A DNA stretch of 64,000 nt from Acetobacter sp. 46_36. Lineage in GTDB: Bacteria; Pseudomonadota; Alphaproteobacteria; RF32; CAG-239. Where the stretch lies: assembly GCA_001917135.1 (NCBI GenBank), contig MNTT01000015.1, forward strand, positions 260,222 through 324,221, in the 5' to 3' direction. Shown here piece by piece: positions 29,791-39,513 of the stretch. The notes beneath the pieces are model-generated. The model saw only the letters and a list, made by a program, of their open reading frames with translations. It was not told the origin of the DNA and did not search any database. The translations under genes were made by a program, and so were the position numbers. How positions within the stretch are numbered: position 1 is the first letter of the stretch; each line of letters opens with the position of its first letter.

Positions 29791-29863
29791 TTTTGATAAT
29801 TTTTTAAACTTCTTTGCTAAGCTTTAACATATAATCGTAAAAAATCAACTAATCAAAAAGAAA

Positions 29864-29905
29864 AAAGAGTTGTTCTTAAGATTTAACTCTTAAAAACAAC
29901 TCTTT
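29864..29905 (-). terminator. Rho-independent terminator downstream of the small membrane-protein gene
   Basis: Perfect 11-bp inverted repeat AAAGAGTTGTT...AACAACTCTTT (loop ~20 nt), followed on the minus strand by a TTTTTTCTTTTT run. Confidence 0.5.
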
Positions 29906-29919
29906 CTCTTAAATACATG

Positions 29920-30231
29920 TTACCAGCCATGATACAAACAATAGCCGGCAACAATAATTACGGCGGCAATTACCAAAAGGGCTGTCCATCCGATAAGTGC
30001 CAAAATGCCATTTCCGAATAATTTGTGTATTCCAGTAACCCAGTAAACCAGGTATAAACTGAAAAACAAAACTTTTCTAACTGACCATCCAAAATCATGG
30101 ATTGCATCCACAATTGTTGGAAAAAAGTAGTCGTTAGAAAAACCGATTTTGGCATCGACATATAGTACGAGCCAAACGCTCAAAAGGGCGCAAATGCCAG
30201 CCCAAATGAACGAGAAGATACCTTCCTTCAT
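29920..30231 (-). CDS. Small integral membrane protein (3 predicted TM), unknown function
   Basis: 103 aa; hydrophobic segments FSFIWAGICALLSVWLVLYV, LFFSLYLVYWVTGI, ALIGWTALLVIAAVIIVAGY. Confidence 0.45.
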   Translation of the reverse strand: MKEGIFSFIWAGICALLSVWLVLYVDAKIGFSNDYFFPTIVDAIHDFGWSVRKVLFFSLYLVYWVTGIHKLFGNGILALIGWTALLVIAAVIIVAGYCLYHGW

Positions 30232-30337
30232 AACATATATATATTTAAATTATATTTTTCTAGACAAAACTATACCACATTTTTAGACTTTTTGCAAGCT
30301 TTTTACATCATAGAGCCTGCTTTTTGCAGCTTTTGCC

Positions 30338-30370
30338 TCAAAAAAGAAACCGTTTCCGGCTTCTTTTTTA
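30338..30370 (-). terminator. Putative terminator hairpin downstream of the 30432-31109 gene
   Basis: AAAAAAGAAACCG-TTTC-CGGCTTCTTTTTT: ~12-bp stem with one mismatch, A/T runs on both flanks. Confidence 0.4.
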
Positions 30371-30431
30371 TATTTTTTTAGAAATCCCTGAATCTTCCGG
30401 GGAATATCCGTATTTGAACTATCGTTATTTC

Positions 30432-31109
30432 CTAATATGGATTTTTAGACGGATCCGGAGATTCCAAATCGTTGCTCCACTTAATGCGTTTGGCGCATTC
30501 ATTGTCCGCTGCGTTTTTAATCCGGCACAAATTGACTTCAATATCCGGCACGCCCGCCAAATTATAACAAATGTCTCCGGTTGTCGTAATAAACCGTTCC
30601 TGAGAGCCTTTTTCGGCAACGTTCCTGAAAATAAAAGCGAAAACACGATGCGGATAAACCAATTGCAGCCCCATAGTCTTTAATTCCCGGTCAAGATTTG
30701 ATTTTAACGTAACGCCGAAAGTGCAGTTAGTCCGCCCTGTCATATCCTGAAAGACTTTAAAGCTGCCTTTGCTGACACCGATAAGCATATCTCCGCTTAA
30801 AGGCTTGAGAATGCCGTCTGCTGGTGCGGACGGAGCCGTCGCCCCGGTTTGCTTTATTTTTTCGGCAGCCTTTTGAGCCGTATTCTCAAAGTTTTCCGTA
30901 TTTTCAACATCTTCTCGAATTTCCGGGTGGTCTCCGAACATTTCATTAAACAAAGCTTCGTTTTTATCGGTTTCATCAAAGGATAATCCTCCTGAAGACG
31001 GAAAAGAAGCCTCTTGCGCAGTTTCTCCGTCTAAAACTTGTGCGTTAATCGGCTGAACCGGCGCAAAAAGCAAAAACAGACCGTAAATGCTGGAAATAAC
31101 TCTTTTCAT
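30432..31109 (-). CDS. Secreted protein of unknown function (signal peptide; Cys-containing)
   Basis: Start moved to MKRVISSIYGLFLLFAPVQPINAQ (ATG 31107-31109, AGGAGA RBS). The 258-aa track ORF has no signal peptide at its own N-terminus. Confidence 0.5.
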   Translation of the reverse strand: MKRVISSIYGLFLLFAPVQPINAQVLDGETAQEASFPSSGGLSFDETDKNEALFNEMFGDHPEIREDVENTENFENTAQKAAEKIKQTGATAPSAPADGILKPLSGDMLIGVSKGSFKVFQDMTGRTNCTFGVTLKSNLDRELKTMGLQLVYPHRVFAFIFRNVAEKGSQERFITTTGDICYNLAGVPDIEVNLCRIKNAADNECAKRIKWSNDLESPDPSKNPY

Positions 31110-31302
31110 ATTCAGTCTCCTGTATAAAATTTTATTCGGCAAAACAGTGCAAAATATTTGGGGTAAAAACCCTTTAACACACAGTTCCGTAATCTGACCG
31201 CTCGTCATCCGGAAGTTCTGCCAAATATGCTTTTAAAGCTTGGGCAGCCTTCCGTTTCGAAAACCGCCCGTATTCTGCTGTAATATCCGATAATGACTTT
31301 TT

Positions 31303-32070
31303 CTAATAGATGTTTGTCAGCGTCTTGTCGGATGTTCCCATATTTTCGACGATTTTGCCGATAATCATATCAATGTCTGAAAGTTCGCGGCTTTCTGCCG
31401 ATTCGCTCATTGCAGCCTCTTCAGTTGCCGAAATGCGTTTAAACTCGCCGAAATATTCCGGATTCTTCGTGCTGACAAATTGGAATAAATCCGTGCAATC
31501 GCTTTTATCTGCGCTCATTCCAAAACTGCCGATGGTTTCCGTATTGCGTGCAATATCGCACGGCGTTACCGTGTAGTGTGCATCGCTTAACATCAGATAA
31601 CACTTTTCATTATCCATATAAGACCGCAGGGAAATCTGTTTATCGGCACCGAAAGCGTTAACCGTTACTGATGTTTGAACCGGTTTTGATGCGTCCTCTT
31701 TGCTGAACAGGGACTTTTGTTTTTCCGCCTCTTCTACACCCAACAGGGACTCGACATAACGGTCAAATTTAAAACGTTCGTCGACAACATCCGGCCAGTC
31801 AAGGTTTACGGTAAATGTTCTGAAGTTAATAGAAGTTCTGTTGTATAGGGTAATCATATAATTGCACCCTTTAACAACGCCGTCTTCCAAGACCGGGTCG
31901 ATGTCATGAATCTTAAAAATGACGGCATCAGGCCTGGTAGACGGTTCGCCGGATTTTGCCGCGGCCTTAGCCGTCGGTGCCGGAGCTTTTTCTGCAGCCT
32001 GAAGTGCTGTCGGCGCCGCCATAACAGCCCCTAAAAGGAAAACAGCCAGAAACTTTATCGATTTTTTCAT
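31303..32070 (-). CDS. Secreted protein of unknown function
   Basis: MKKSIKFLAVFLLGAVMAAPTALQAA signal peptide; 255 aa; four Cys; no recognisable family. Confidence 0.5.
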   Translation of the reverse strand: MKKSIKFLAVFLLGAVMAAPTALQAAEKAPAPTAKAAAKSGEPSTRPDAVIFKIHDIDPVLEDGVVKGCNYMITLYNRTSINFRTFTVNLDWPDVVDERFKFDRYVESLLGVEEAEKQKSLFSKEDASKPVQTSVTVNAFGADKQISLRSYMDNEKCYLMLSDAHYTVTPCDIARNTETIGSFGMSADKSDCTDLFQFVSTKNPEYFGEFKRISATEEAAMSESAESRELSDIDMIIGKIVENMGTSDKTLTNIY

Positions 32071-32264
32071 TTTAAAACCTCATAACTTCTTATGTATGAC
32101 TGTATCATACGCACAGAGTGTTTAATTTTTATTAATTGCAAATAAAAAAATGCGGGTTTCTTGCAATTGCAAAATATAAAGACAGCTTCAAATGAACATA
32201 ATTACTAAAAACGGTCAACTGATTAGTGTTCGGCACTTTTAATCAGGCATTTTAATGCCATAAA

Positions 32265-33137
32265 TTAAACTGTTTCTTCGTCCATCTTTTTCTTTAAACG
32301 CAGCAAATCGACCCATACTTTTGACTTTTGTGAGGAACTCCGTAACAGATAAGACGGATGGTATGTTGCAAGAACATGTGCCTTCTTTTTCTCATTAATC
32401 TGATATTCCAACCATTTTCCTCGTGTCCGGGAAATGGAGTCAGATACATCCATCACTGATTTTAAGGCAATTCCTCCCAGCAATAACAAATAATCAGGTT
32501 CAATCAATTCAATTTGTCTCTTAAGAAATGGCAGACAGACGGCAATTTCTTCATCGGTTGGCGTTCTGTTCCCCGGCGGTCTCCAAGGCAAAACATTGGT
32601 AATATAGCAGTCAGGCCTGTTGACATGAATTGCAGCCAGCATTTTGTCTAACAATTTTCCGCATCTGCCGACAAAGGGCCTCCCGATGCGGTCTTCATCT
32701 GCGCCGGGAGCTTCTCCGATAAGCAACAGTTTTGCTTTAGGTGCCCCGTCGCCGAAAACCGTGGAAGCTGCCGTATTTTTCAGGTTGCAGCCGTCAAAAT
32801 TCTGCACGATGTTTCGCAGTTCGTCCAGAGAAGATGCTTTGGCACAGATATCGCGTGCATTTTTTGTAGCAGCAGCATAAGGCTGCATGGTCTGAGCCGT
32901 CGGCGCAAAACTGCGAGGTTCGGAAAAAGAAAGGTTTCCTGCCCGGCCGGTCGGCTGTCCGCTTGCCTGTTTGCCTGAAAGAACTTGTGCCGGAACGCTT
33001 TTAATTGTAGCCTGAGAGAAAAACTTTTCGGTCTCGCCGGTCAGGCACGGCAAATCGCCGCAGGTTTCGTTGACACCTGCCCACAAATACCAGTCGAGAG
33101 CTTCCCGTATGTTAATTTGTTTATTCATTGCTGCCAA
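32265..33137 (-). CDS. Uracil-DNA glycosylase, family 4, with ~90-aa N-terminal extension
   Basis: GEAPGADEDRIGRPFVGRCGKLLDKML motif (family-4 UDG motif A) and HPSYLLR motif B. Confidence 0.75.
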   Translation of the reverse strand: MAAMNKQINIREALDWYLWAGVNETCGDLPCLTGETEKFFSQATIKSVPAQVLSGKQASGQPTGRAGNLSFSEPRSFAPTAQTMQPYAAATKNARDICAKASSLDELRNIVQNFDGCNLKNTAASTVFGDGAPKAKLLLIGEAPGADEDRIGRPFVGRCGKLLDKMLAAIHVNRPDCYITNVLPWRPPGNRTPTDEEIAVCLPFLKRQIELIEPDYLLLLGGIALKSVMDVSDSISRTRGKWLEYQINEKKKAHVLATYHPSYLLRSSSQKSKVWVDLLRLKKKMDEETV

Positions 33138-33227
33138 TTATATATATTATACTTTTTATTGCAATATAAAGCAATTATTTACACAAATATAATAAATTTA
33201 GTTTAAAGTTAAGAGCAAATTGATAAT

Positions 33228-35048
33228 ATGAAACGGCAAACTACGGGAATTTTTAAACATATGTTGAAAGCGAGCTACATTATCACCCTGTTAAGCGGGA
33301 TTGGGATATTCAATTCCTGCACCGGCAATTTTATTAATATGCCCGAATATCAGCAGGAGCAGGCATATCTTTTGCAAAAGGATACTGCATACGGCAATTA
33401 TTTGGCCGGCAGAGTTGCCCATATACGGCAAGATTATGATAATGCGGCGCGTTATTATGTGCGGACGATAGAAAAGGGAATGGTTAATGAAGATTTACTC
33501 GGTAAAACATATATCATTCTGGCATCACAGGGGAAAATTGACCAGGCGGTAAAATATGCCGGAATAGCCCGCAAAAATGGGGATAAAAACAATTTTATCG
33601 ACGTTATTAATGCCGTTTATGCATTTAAGCATGGTGATTATAAGTCTTCCCGAGTTGCTTTGAACAGCATAAATGAAAAAACATACAAAAAACTGATTGC
33701 TCCGTTGTTCAACGCATGGAGTTATGTCGGAGAAGACAATTACGAACAGGCTGTAACAGAGCTGCAGAAACTGTCAGGAATGGAAGAAATGAAAACAGTC
33801 TATAGCCTGCATAGCGGCCTGATTTCCGAATATTTCGGTAAAACGAAAGATGCGCAAAAATATTATGATATCGTAATTAATGATAAAGCGAATGATATGT
33901 CGTTCCGGGCGTTGCAGATTATTTCAAATTTTCTGGTTCGCAATGGAGAAAAAGAAAAAGCGCTTAATTTAGTAGCCAAGTATTATGGTTCCAGCAATAT
34001 AAAGGAAATGCTTGCCAGCCTTCGGGAAAAAATAAACCAAGGCAGCGCGGCATCTTCCCGGCTGGTAAATACTCCTGACGAAGGGGCGGGGGAAGTCTTT
34101 TTGGAAATTGCCCTGTTATTCAAATCTGTGCCGGTTGGCCACGATTATGCCCAGATTTATATGGCTGTCTCGGAATATTTTAATCCCGATAATGATATTG
34201 CCAAAATAGCTATGGCGGATTTGTTTGAAGAACGGTTGATGCTTAATGATGCCAATAAGTATTACGATTCGATTGGTAAAAAATCAGAGATGTACTATCC
34301 GGCGCAGATGAAAAAAGCCAATAATTTGTCTGCCGAGAAAAAATACAGTGAGGCGATAAAAGTATTAAAACGGCTGCTTCGGGAAAATCCTGGCAATTTT
34401 CAGGTATTGTTTAATCTGGGCGATGTTTTGCGTGTAAGCAATAATCAGCCGGATGCTATTAAATATTACAATAAAGCCATAAATTCCATATTTTATGAGA
34501 GTGAAAAATATTGGCCGGTATACTATGCGCTGGCAGTTTCTTATGATAAAAACAATGAATGGGGCAAAGCTGAAGAAAGTCTTGAAAAAGCTCTGAAATT
34601 AAGCAACCGCCATCCGCAGGTGCTCAACTATCTTGGATACAGCTGGCTTAAATATAATATGAATACGGACAAAGCCGCGGCCATGATTTTGGAAGCTTAT
34701 GAAAAAGACCCGAATGATGGTGTGATAATGGATAGTCTTGGATGGGTCTATTTTAAAACCGGAGATTATGATAACGCCATTTTATATTTGGAAAAGGCAT
34801 CAGAACTTAATCCTCAAAATGCTATTATCAGTGATCATCTCGGCGATGCATACTGGTTTGGCGGGCGTAAAAATGAAGCAGTGTTTCAGTGGAAACAGGC
34901 ATTGTCTCAAAAAGAGGAACAAGAAGAGTTAAATGCAAAACAGGTAAAAAATAAAATAGAAAATGGATTAAAAAATATAAAAAAGCTTTCAATCCAAGAT
35001 GAAAAAATCAAGAAAAACCTGCATAGTCTGAACGATATAACCGAATAA
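33228..35048 (+). CDS. Tetratricopeptide-repeat lipoprotein
   Basis: Probable lipobox LLSGIGIFNSC; multiple TPR-like repeats (AIKYYNKAI, AEESLEKALKL, ILYLEKASEL). Confidence 0.65.
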   Translation: MKRQTTGIFKHMLKASYIITLLSGIGIFNSCTGNFINMPEYQQEQAYLLQKDTAYGNYLAGRVAHIRQDYDNAARYYVRTIEKGMVNEDLLGKTYIILASQGKIDQAVKYAGIARKNGDKNNFIDVINAVYAFKHGDYKSSRVALNSINEKTYKKLIAPLFNAWSYVGEDNYEQAVTELQKLSGMEEMKTVYSLHSGLISEYFGKTKDAQKYYDIVINDKANDMSFRALQIISNFLVRNGEKEKALNLVAKYYGSSNIKEMLASLREKINQGSAASSRLVNTPDEGAGEVFLEIALLFKSVPVGHDYAQIYMAVSEYFNPDNDIAKIAMADLFEERLMLNDANKYYDSIGKKSEMYYPAQMKKANNLSAEKKYSEAIKVLKRLLRENPGNFQVLFNLGDVLRVSNNQPDAIKYYNKAINSIFYESEKYWPVYYALAVSYDKNNEWGKAEESLEKALKLSNRHPQVLNYLGYSWLKYNMNTDKAAAMILEAYEKDPNDGVIMDSLGWVYFKTGDYDNAILYLEKASELNPQNAIISDHLGDAYWFGGRKNEAVFQWKQALSQKEEQEELNAKQVKNKIENGLKNIKKLSIQDEKIKKNLHSLNDITE

Positions 35049-35058
35049 TTCAAGGGCT

Positions 35059-35085
35059 GCCGCAAATATGCAAAATGTTTGCGGC
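35059..35085. terminator. Possible bidirectional terminator between convergent TPR gene and glmM
   Basis: GCCGCAAA-(11 nt)-TTTGCGGC: 8-bp stem; the loop is long, so confidence is low. Confidence 0.35.
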
Positions 35086-35156
35086 AATTCTCAGGCTATC
35101 ATAAACACATATTTATAAAAGAGTGTTGCCAACTCAAATATAAGCATGGAATAAAA

Positions 35157-36521
35157 TTATTTTTGATATTGTAAAATAAGCTGTTTTAAATGTTTCGCAA
35201 GCCGGGCAACCGTTTGTTCGTCCTTTCCTTCAATCCGGAGTTTGATAACCGGTTCGGTGCCGGATTTTCTCGCAATCAGATTGCTGTTTTCGCCCAAAGT
35301 TTTCTTTGCGTCATTTAAGGCTGTTTGGACATCATCATGTTCAAGGCTTTGCTGCATAAATTCTTTGGTTGAAAACCGGATATTTTCAATTAAACAGGGA
35401 TAGGGGGAGAATATCGGAAAAATTTCATTCATAGGCTTGTTGGTTTCCAAATAGGCCAAAGCCAAAATAATGGCTACGGCCAAAGCGTCGCCGCTTTTTG
35501 CGTATTGTGAAAGAACAATATGTCCCACAGGTTCTCCGCCTAGCGAGGAAAATTTTTCTTTCATTAAATCAATAACGTATCTTTCCCCGACCTTGCTTTG
35601 AAAATAAATAAAACCGTTTTTACGCAGATATTCCCCCAGTCCCAGATTGGACCATTCTGTACTGATGACTGTGTTATTGTTGAGTTGTCCGTGTTTTTTT
35701 AGATATTGCGCCAAAAAACAGAGCAGTTGGTCTCCGTCAATAACCGTTCCCGTATTATCGACAAGAATAACCCGGTCGCCGTCCCCGTCAACCGCAATGC
35801 CAAAATGGGCATGGGCTTCTTTAACGGTTTGAGCCAGCTGTTCTGTGTGCTGGGAACCGCAGTTTTGATTAATGTTATACCCGTCCGGCTGATTATTGAT
35901 TGAAATAATGCCGGCACCCAAATCCTTGAATGTCTGGGGAAGAATATAAGAATAAGCGCCGTTTGCGCAGTCAATAACCACCCGCAGCCCTTGCAGGGCT
36001 TTATAATTAGGTGCAATTTTGCGCATATTTTCAATATAGTCTTCAATAATTTCGTCTTTTTTGAAAATTTTTCCGAAACGCGTCTGTTTTGATGCTGGCG
36101 GTGTTTTTTCAGTTAAATGATTTTGTTCTAAGAGTTTTTCAATTTTTACATAAAAGTCGTCGGAAAATTTGTCGCCACTCTGATTGATAAGCTTTATGCC
36201 GTTGTCTTGATAAGGGTTATGTGATGCCGTAATCATTAAGGACATATCCACGCCGAGTTCTGGCGTTTTCAATGTAACCAACGGTGTAGGGACAATGCCC
36301 AGTAAAATAACGTCAATTCCGTTTGCCGTAAATCCGGCGCTTAGCGCTGCTTCAATCATATCTCCGGATATGCGCGTATCTTTGCCAATGGCTATTTTCT
36401 TTTTATCCGTGCACACCGTTTGGCTTAATATTTCTGCCAGGTTAAATGCAAAGTCCGCCGTCATCGGATAGAAACCGGCAACGCCTCTGACGCCGTCCGT
36501 ACCGAATAATTTATTTGCCAT
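35157..36521 (-). CDS. glmM: Phosphoglucosamine mutase
   Basis: MANKLFGTDGVRGVAG N-terminus, active-site TASHNP, 454 aa. Confidence 0.9.
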   Translation of the reverse strand: MANKLFGTDGVRGVAGFYPMTADFAFNLAEILSQTVCTDKKKIAIGKDTRISGDMIEAALSAGFTANGIDVILLGIVPTPLVTLKTPELGVDMSLMITASHNPYQDNGIKLINQSGDKFSDDFYVKIEKLLEQNHLTEKTPPASKQTRFGKIFKKDEIIEDYIENMRKIAPNYKALQGLRVVIDCANGAYSYILPQTFKDLGAGIISINNQPDGYNINQNCGSQHTEQLAQTVKEAHAHFGIAVDGDGDRVILVDNTGTVIDGDQLLCFLAQYLKKHGQLNNNTVISTEWSNLGLGEYLRKNGFIYFQSKVGERYVIDLMKEKFSSLGGEPVGHIVLSQYAKSGDALAVAIILALAYLETNKPMNEIFPIFSPYPCLIENIRFSTKEFMQQSLEHDDVQTALNDAKKTLGENSNLIARKSGTEPVIKLRIEGKDEQTVARLAKHLKQLILQYQK

Positions 36522-36622
36522 TATATTGCTCCATATTGCACCGCATTAAATTTTCCTGCTTATTAGGCTAAAGCTATAAGCGGCATAATGCAAGCATATT
36601 GTATATTATGCTATAAAATAAA

Positions 36623-36654
36623 TTGCCGCGGCATATAAGAACCAGCCGCGGCAA
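36623..36654 (-). terminator. Rho-independent terminator for the Omp gene
   Basis: Perfect 10-bp inverted repeat TTGCCGCGGC-(12 nt)-GCCGCGGCAA, followed on the minus strand by TTTATTTTAT. Confidence 0.55.
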
Positions 36655-36680
36655 TAAAAAAGCAAAATTTACAAAAAAAC

Positions 36681-37295
36681 TTATAAAATGTATCTGACGC
36701 CAACGTAAACTTCTTGGTCGGTTACGCTTGTTTTCCCGTTAAATTCGTCTAAATCGCCCATATCGTAGTAGCGGTACCCGACATCAAGATTCAGTCTGTT
36801 TGTCAGCTTTGCTGATATACCGGCACCCAATGACCAGGTAAAACTATCATCGTCCATCTTAAGCTTGGTACCGATACTGTTATTTGTTATAGTCAACTTA
36901 TGGTTAGTCCAGCCGATACCGGCGTCAACAAACGGCGTAAACCAAGAATACGGAAAAAAGTCATAATAAACAATGAACATGTATGATTGTGATCTGAATT
37001 TTCCTTTTGCATAGCTTGAGATATTTTCGCTGTTGGCTTTTCTCCACATATATTCTATTTCGGTTCTGAAATGCTCGTGTCTGTAACCAATTCCGCCGGA
37101 AGCAATAAATCTTTTCTTGTCAACGACATAGTGGGAAAAACTGTTTCCGACTCCGCTTCTGTCGTCATCAACTTCATACTCTGCATACCCGGCGCGCCCG
37201 GCCAGATAAAATCCGTCACATTCGGCAGCTGCTTTTTCTGCCGTGAAAATAAAGGCCAAAGCCAGAATTGCCGTAAAAATTTTATTGTTTGTCAT
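36681..37295 (-). CDS. Small outer-membrane beta-barrel protein (Omp25/OmpA-like, opacity-porin family fold)
   Basis: Signal peptide, 8-strand-like alternating pattern, C-terminal ...VGVRYIL aromatic terminus. Confidence 0.65.
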   Translation of the reverse strand: MTNNKIFTAILALAFIFTAEKAAAECDGFYLAGRAGYAEYEVDDDRSGVGNSFSHYVVDKKRFIASGGIGYRHEHFRTEIEYMWRKANSENISSYAKGKFRSQSYMFIVYYDFFPYSWFTPFVDAGIGWTNHKLTITNNSIGTKLKMDDDSFTWSLGAGISAKLTNRLNLDVGYRYYDMGDLDEFNGKTSVTDQEVYVGVRYIL

Positions 37296-37469
37296 TAAAG
37301 AAACTCCGTTTCACTAGTCCTGAATTTAATTCGTAGACAAAATAACACAAAATTTAAACAAAACAAGTAAAAAATTAACAAAAGGTAAATTTTTTTTGTA
37401 AAAGTATATTTTTTTCTATTTTTCCCTCAAAAGCGTTGATTTTATAATAATATGTGTTAAACCTTAAAA

Positions 37470-37865
37470 CCAAGGTGGTTGGATAGCTGCGCCGGGATTT
37501 CTTCCGGTGAGGAAAGTCCGAGCGTCATGGAAACGGGGCACCGGATAACGTCCGGCTGGAGAAATCTAAGGGAAAGTGCCACAGAAAATTACCGCCAAAA
37601 TTATTTTGGTAAGGTTGAAAAGGCGAGGTAAGAGCTCACCGCAAAGATAGTAATATCCTTTGGCAAGGCAAACCCTGCCCGACGCAAGACCAAATTAGGA
37701 GGGCGGCTTTAAGCCGTTACATGGGGCGTTTCCACCCTGCTCCAGAGGTAGGTCGCTCGAACCGAATGGCGACATTCGGTCCAGATGAATAGCTATCGCT
37801 TTGAATCTTTGCCTTCGGGTAAAGCAAATGACAAGTACAGAACTCGGCTTACAGACCACCTTTGA
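37470..37865 (+). ncRNA. rnpB: RNase P RNA (bacterial type A)
   Basis: Conserved GGAAAGTCCG(A/G)GC (P4 5' strand), ACGGGGCACCGGATAACGTCCGGC, GTGCCACAGAAAAT, AGGTAAGAGCTCACC... and a P1 helix of CAAGGTGGT (5') with ACCACCTTG (3'). Preceded by an AT-rich promoter region. Confidence 0.8.
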
Positions 37866-37884
37866 TTTTTTATGGGAGAGAATA

Positions 37885-38739
37885 ATGCAGTATCAGCACA
37901 CGTTAAAAAATGCTATTGAAATAAAGGGAATAGGACTGCACTCCGGTTGTACTGCCGTAATGACGATAGAGCCTGCTCCGGAAAATCACGGCATTCGGTT
38001 TCAACGGACTGATATTGCGGGAGTTGAAACGATTCCGGCATTGTATTCTAATGTCGTTGATACAAGGAATTGTACCTGCTTAGGTGCCTCTCCGCAAAAT
38101 ATCGTCAGTACGATAGAACATATAATGTCGGTCTTTTATATCCTCGGCATAGATAATGCGCTGGTTAAGGTTAATAATCCCGAGGTTCCGATTCTTGACG
38201 GCAGCGGCCGCGAATTTCTGCGTATTTTGCAATCGGCGGAATTGGCTGTTCAAAATGCCCCGCGCTGTATTTTGAAAGTTTCCCGCGAGGTCAGGTTTGA
38301 AGATGGCAAAGGCGCAAGCATAACGCTGTTGCCGGCAGAGACTCTGCACATTTGCTTTGATATAGAGTTCCCTTCCAAAATTGTCGGACATCAGAATTTT
38401 GATAAAGACATAACCAAAGAAGTCTTTGCCACGGAAATTGCTCCGTGCCGGACTTTCTGCGAAAAATATCAGGTCGACTATCTGCAGTCAATCGGACTGA
38501 TAAAAGGCGGTTCGCTGGACAATGCTGTTGTTTTGGATGGAGAAACGATATTGAATCCCGGCGGTTTTCGCGTGCCGAATGAATGTGTAAACCACAAAGT
38601 AATGGATACCATTGGTGATTTATATACTTCGGGGTATTATATATTGGCAAAAGTTGTTGCCAACAGAAGCGGACATTATCATAATAACGAAATCCTGAAA
38701 CAGCTGTTTGCTTCTGCGGATAATTATGAAATACTGTAA
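37885..38739 (+). CDS. lpxC: UDP-3-O-acyl-N-acetylglucosamine deacetylase
   Basis: MQYQHTLKNAIEIKGIGLHSG..., zinc-binding His residues, LpxC-like throughout. Start chosen at 37885 with GGGAGAG RBS. The track's 37801 start lies inside rnpB. Confidence 0.85.
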   Translation: MQYQHTLKNAIEIKGIGLHSGCTAVMTIEPAPENHGIRFQRTDIAGVETIPALYSNVVDTRNCTCLGASPQNIVSTIEHIMSVFYILGIDNALVKVNNPEVPILDGSGREFLRILQSAELAVQNAPRCILKVSREVRFEDGKGASITLLPAETLHICFDIEFPSKIVGHQNFDKDITKEVFATEIAPCRTFCEKYQVDYLQSIGLIKGGSLDNAVVLDGETILNPGGFRVPNECVNHKVMDTIGDLYTSGYYILAKVVANRSGHYHNNEILKQLFASADNYEIL

Positions 38740-38754
38740 GAGAGGGAAAAGAGG

Positions 38755-39504
38755 ATGAAAAAGATTCTGTATGTACTGCCGGTCATTGGTTTGATGTTCC
38801 TTTCCGCTTGTGCTTCAACGGAAGAACCCGTCAATGACGAGGACAAAAGCGCGGAAACCCTGTATAACGAAGCTTACGATTATCTGAACAAAACGTCTTA
38901 TCAGAAAGCAGCGGAGACGTTTGATAAGGTTGAAATGGAACACCCGTATTCCAAATGGGCAACCAAGTCCAAGCTGATGAGTGCGTATTCGTATTATAAG
39001 GACGAAAAATACGACGATGCCATTGCCGCGCTGGATCGTTATATTCGTTTGCATCCCGGTAACAAAGATGTTGCCTATGCCTTTTATCTCAAAGGCGTCT
39101 GCTATTACGACCAGATTGCGCCGTCTCAAAAAGAACAGTCGGCAACCCGCGATGCATATGAAACTTTTTCTCAGGTTATCGCGATGTTTCCGGACAGCGA
39201 ATATGCTGCCGATGCCAAAGCCAAAATGGCGTTGATAGAAGACCACCTTGCCGGGCATGAAATGAGTGTCGGGCGTTATTATCTGGAAAATAAAGAATAC
39301 ATTTCCGCATTGAACCGTTTCTCAACCGTAACAGATGTTTACCAGACAACCAGCCAGATAGAAGAAGCTCTGTACCGTGAGATAGAAATATATACGCTGC
39401 TGGGCTTGGACAGTGAAGCTGTAAAAAAAGAAGAAATCTTGCGCCGCAACTATCCTGACGGCAAGTGGACTGCAATGGCTGCAAAGTTAATCGCAAAGGA
39501 CTGA
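38755..39504 (+). CDS. bamD: Outer membrane protein assembly factor BamD (ComL/YfiO TPR lipoprotein)
   Basis: Lipobox FLSACAS. TPR-like repeats with the typical BamD length and motifs (AETLYNEAYDYL..., YAFYLKGVCYY). Confidence 0.8.
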   Translation: MKKILYVLPVIGLMFLSACASTEEPVNDEDKSAETLYNEAYDYLNKTSYQKAAETFDKVEMEHPYSKWATKSKLMSAYSYYKDEKYDDAIAALDRYIRLHPGNKDVAYAFYLKGVCYYDQIAPSQKEQSATRDAYETFSQVIAMFPDSEYAADAKAKMALIEDHLAGHEMSVGRYYLENKEYISALNRFSTVTDVYQTTSQIEEALYREIEIYTLLGLDSEAVKKEEILRRNYPDGKWTAMAAKLIAKD

Positions 39505-39513
39505 TTTTCACTG

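Noticed and set aside
37801-37884. 5' extension of the lpxC ORF (MNLCLRVKQMTSTELGLQTTFDFLWERI)
   Set aside because: This stretch overlaps the P1/P2-proximal 3' end of RNase P RNA. The true lpxC start with a GGGAGAG RBS is at 37885.
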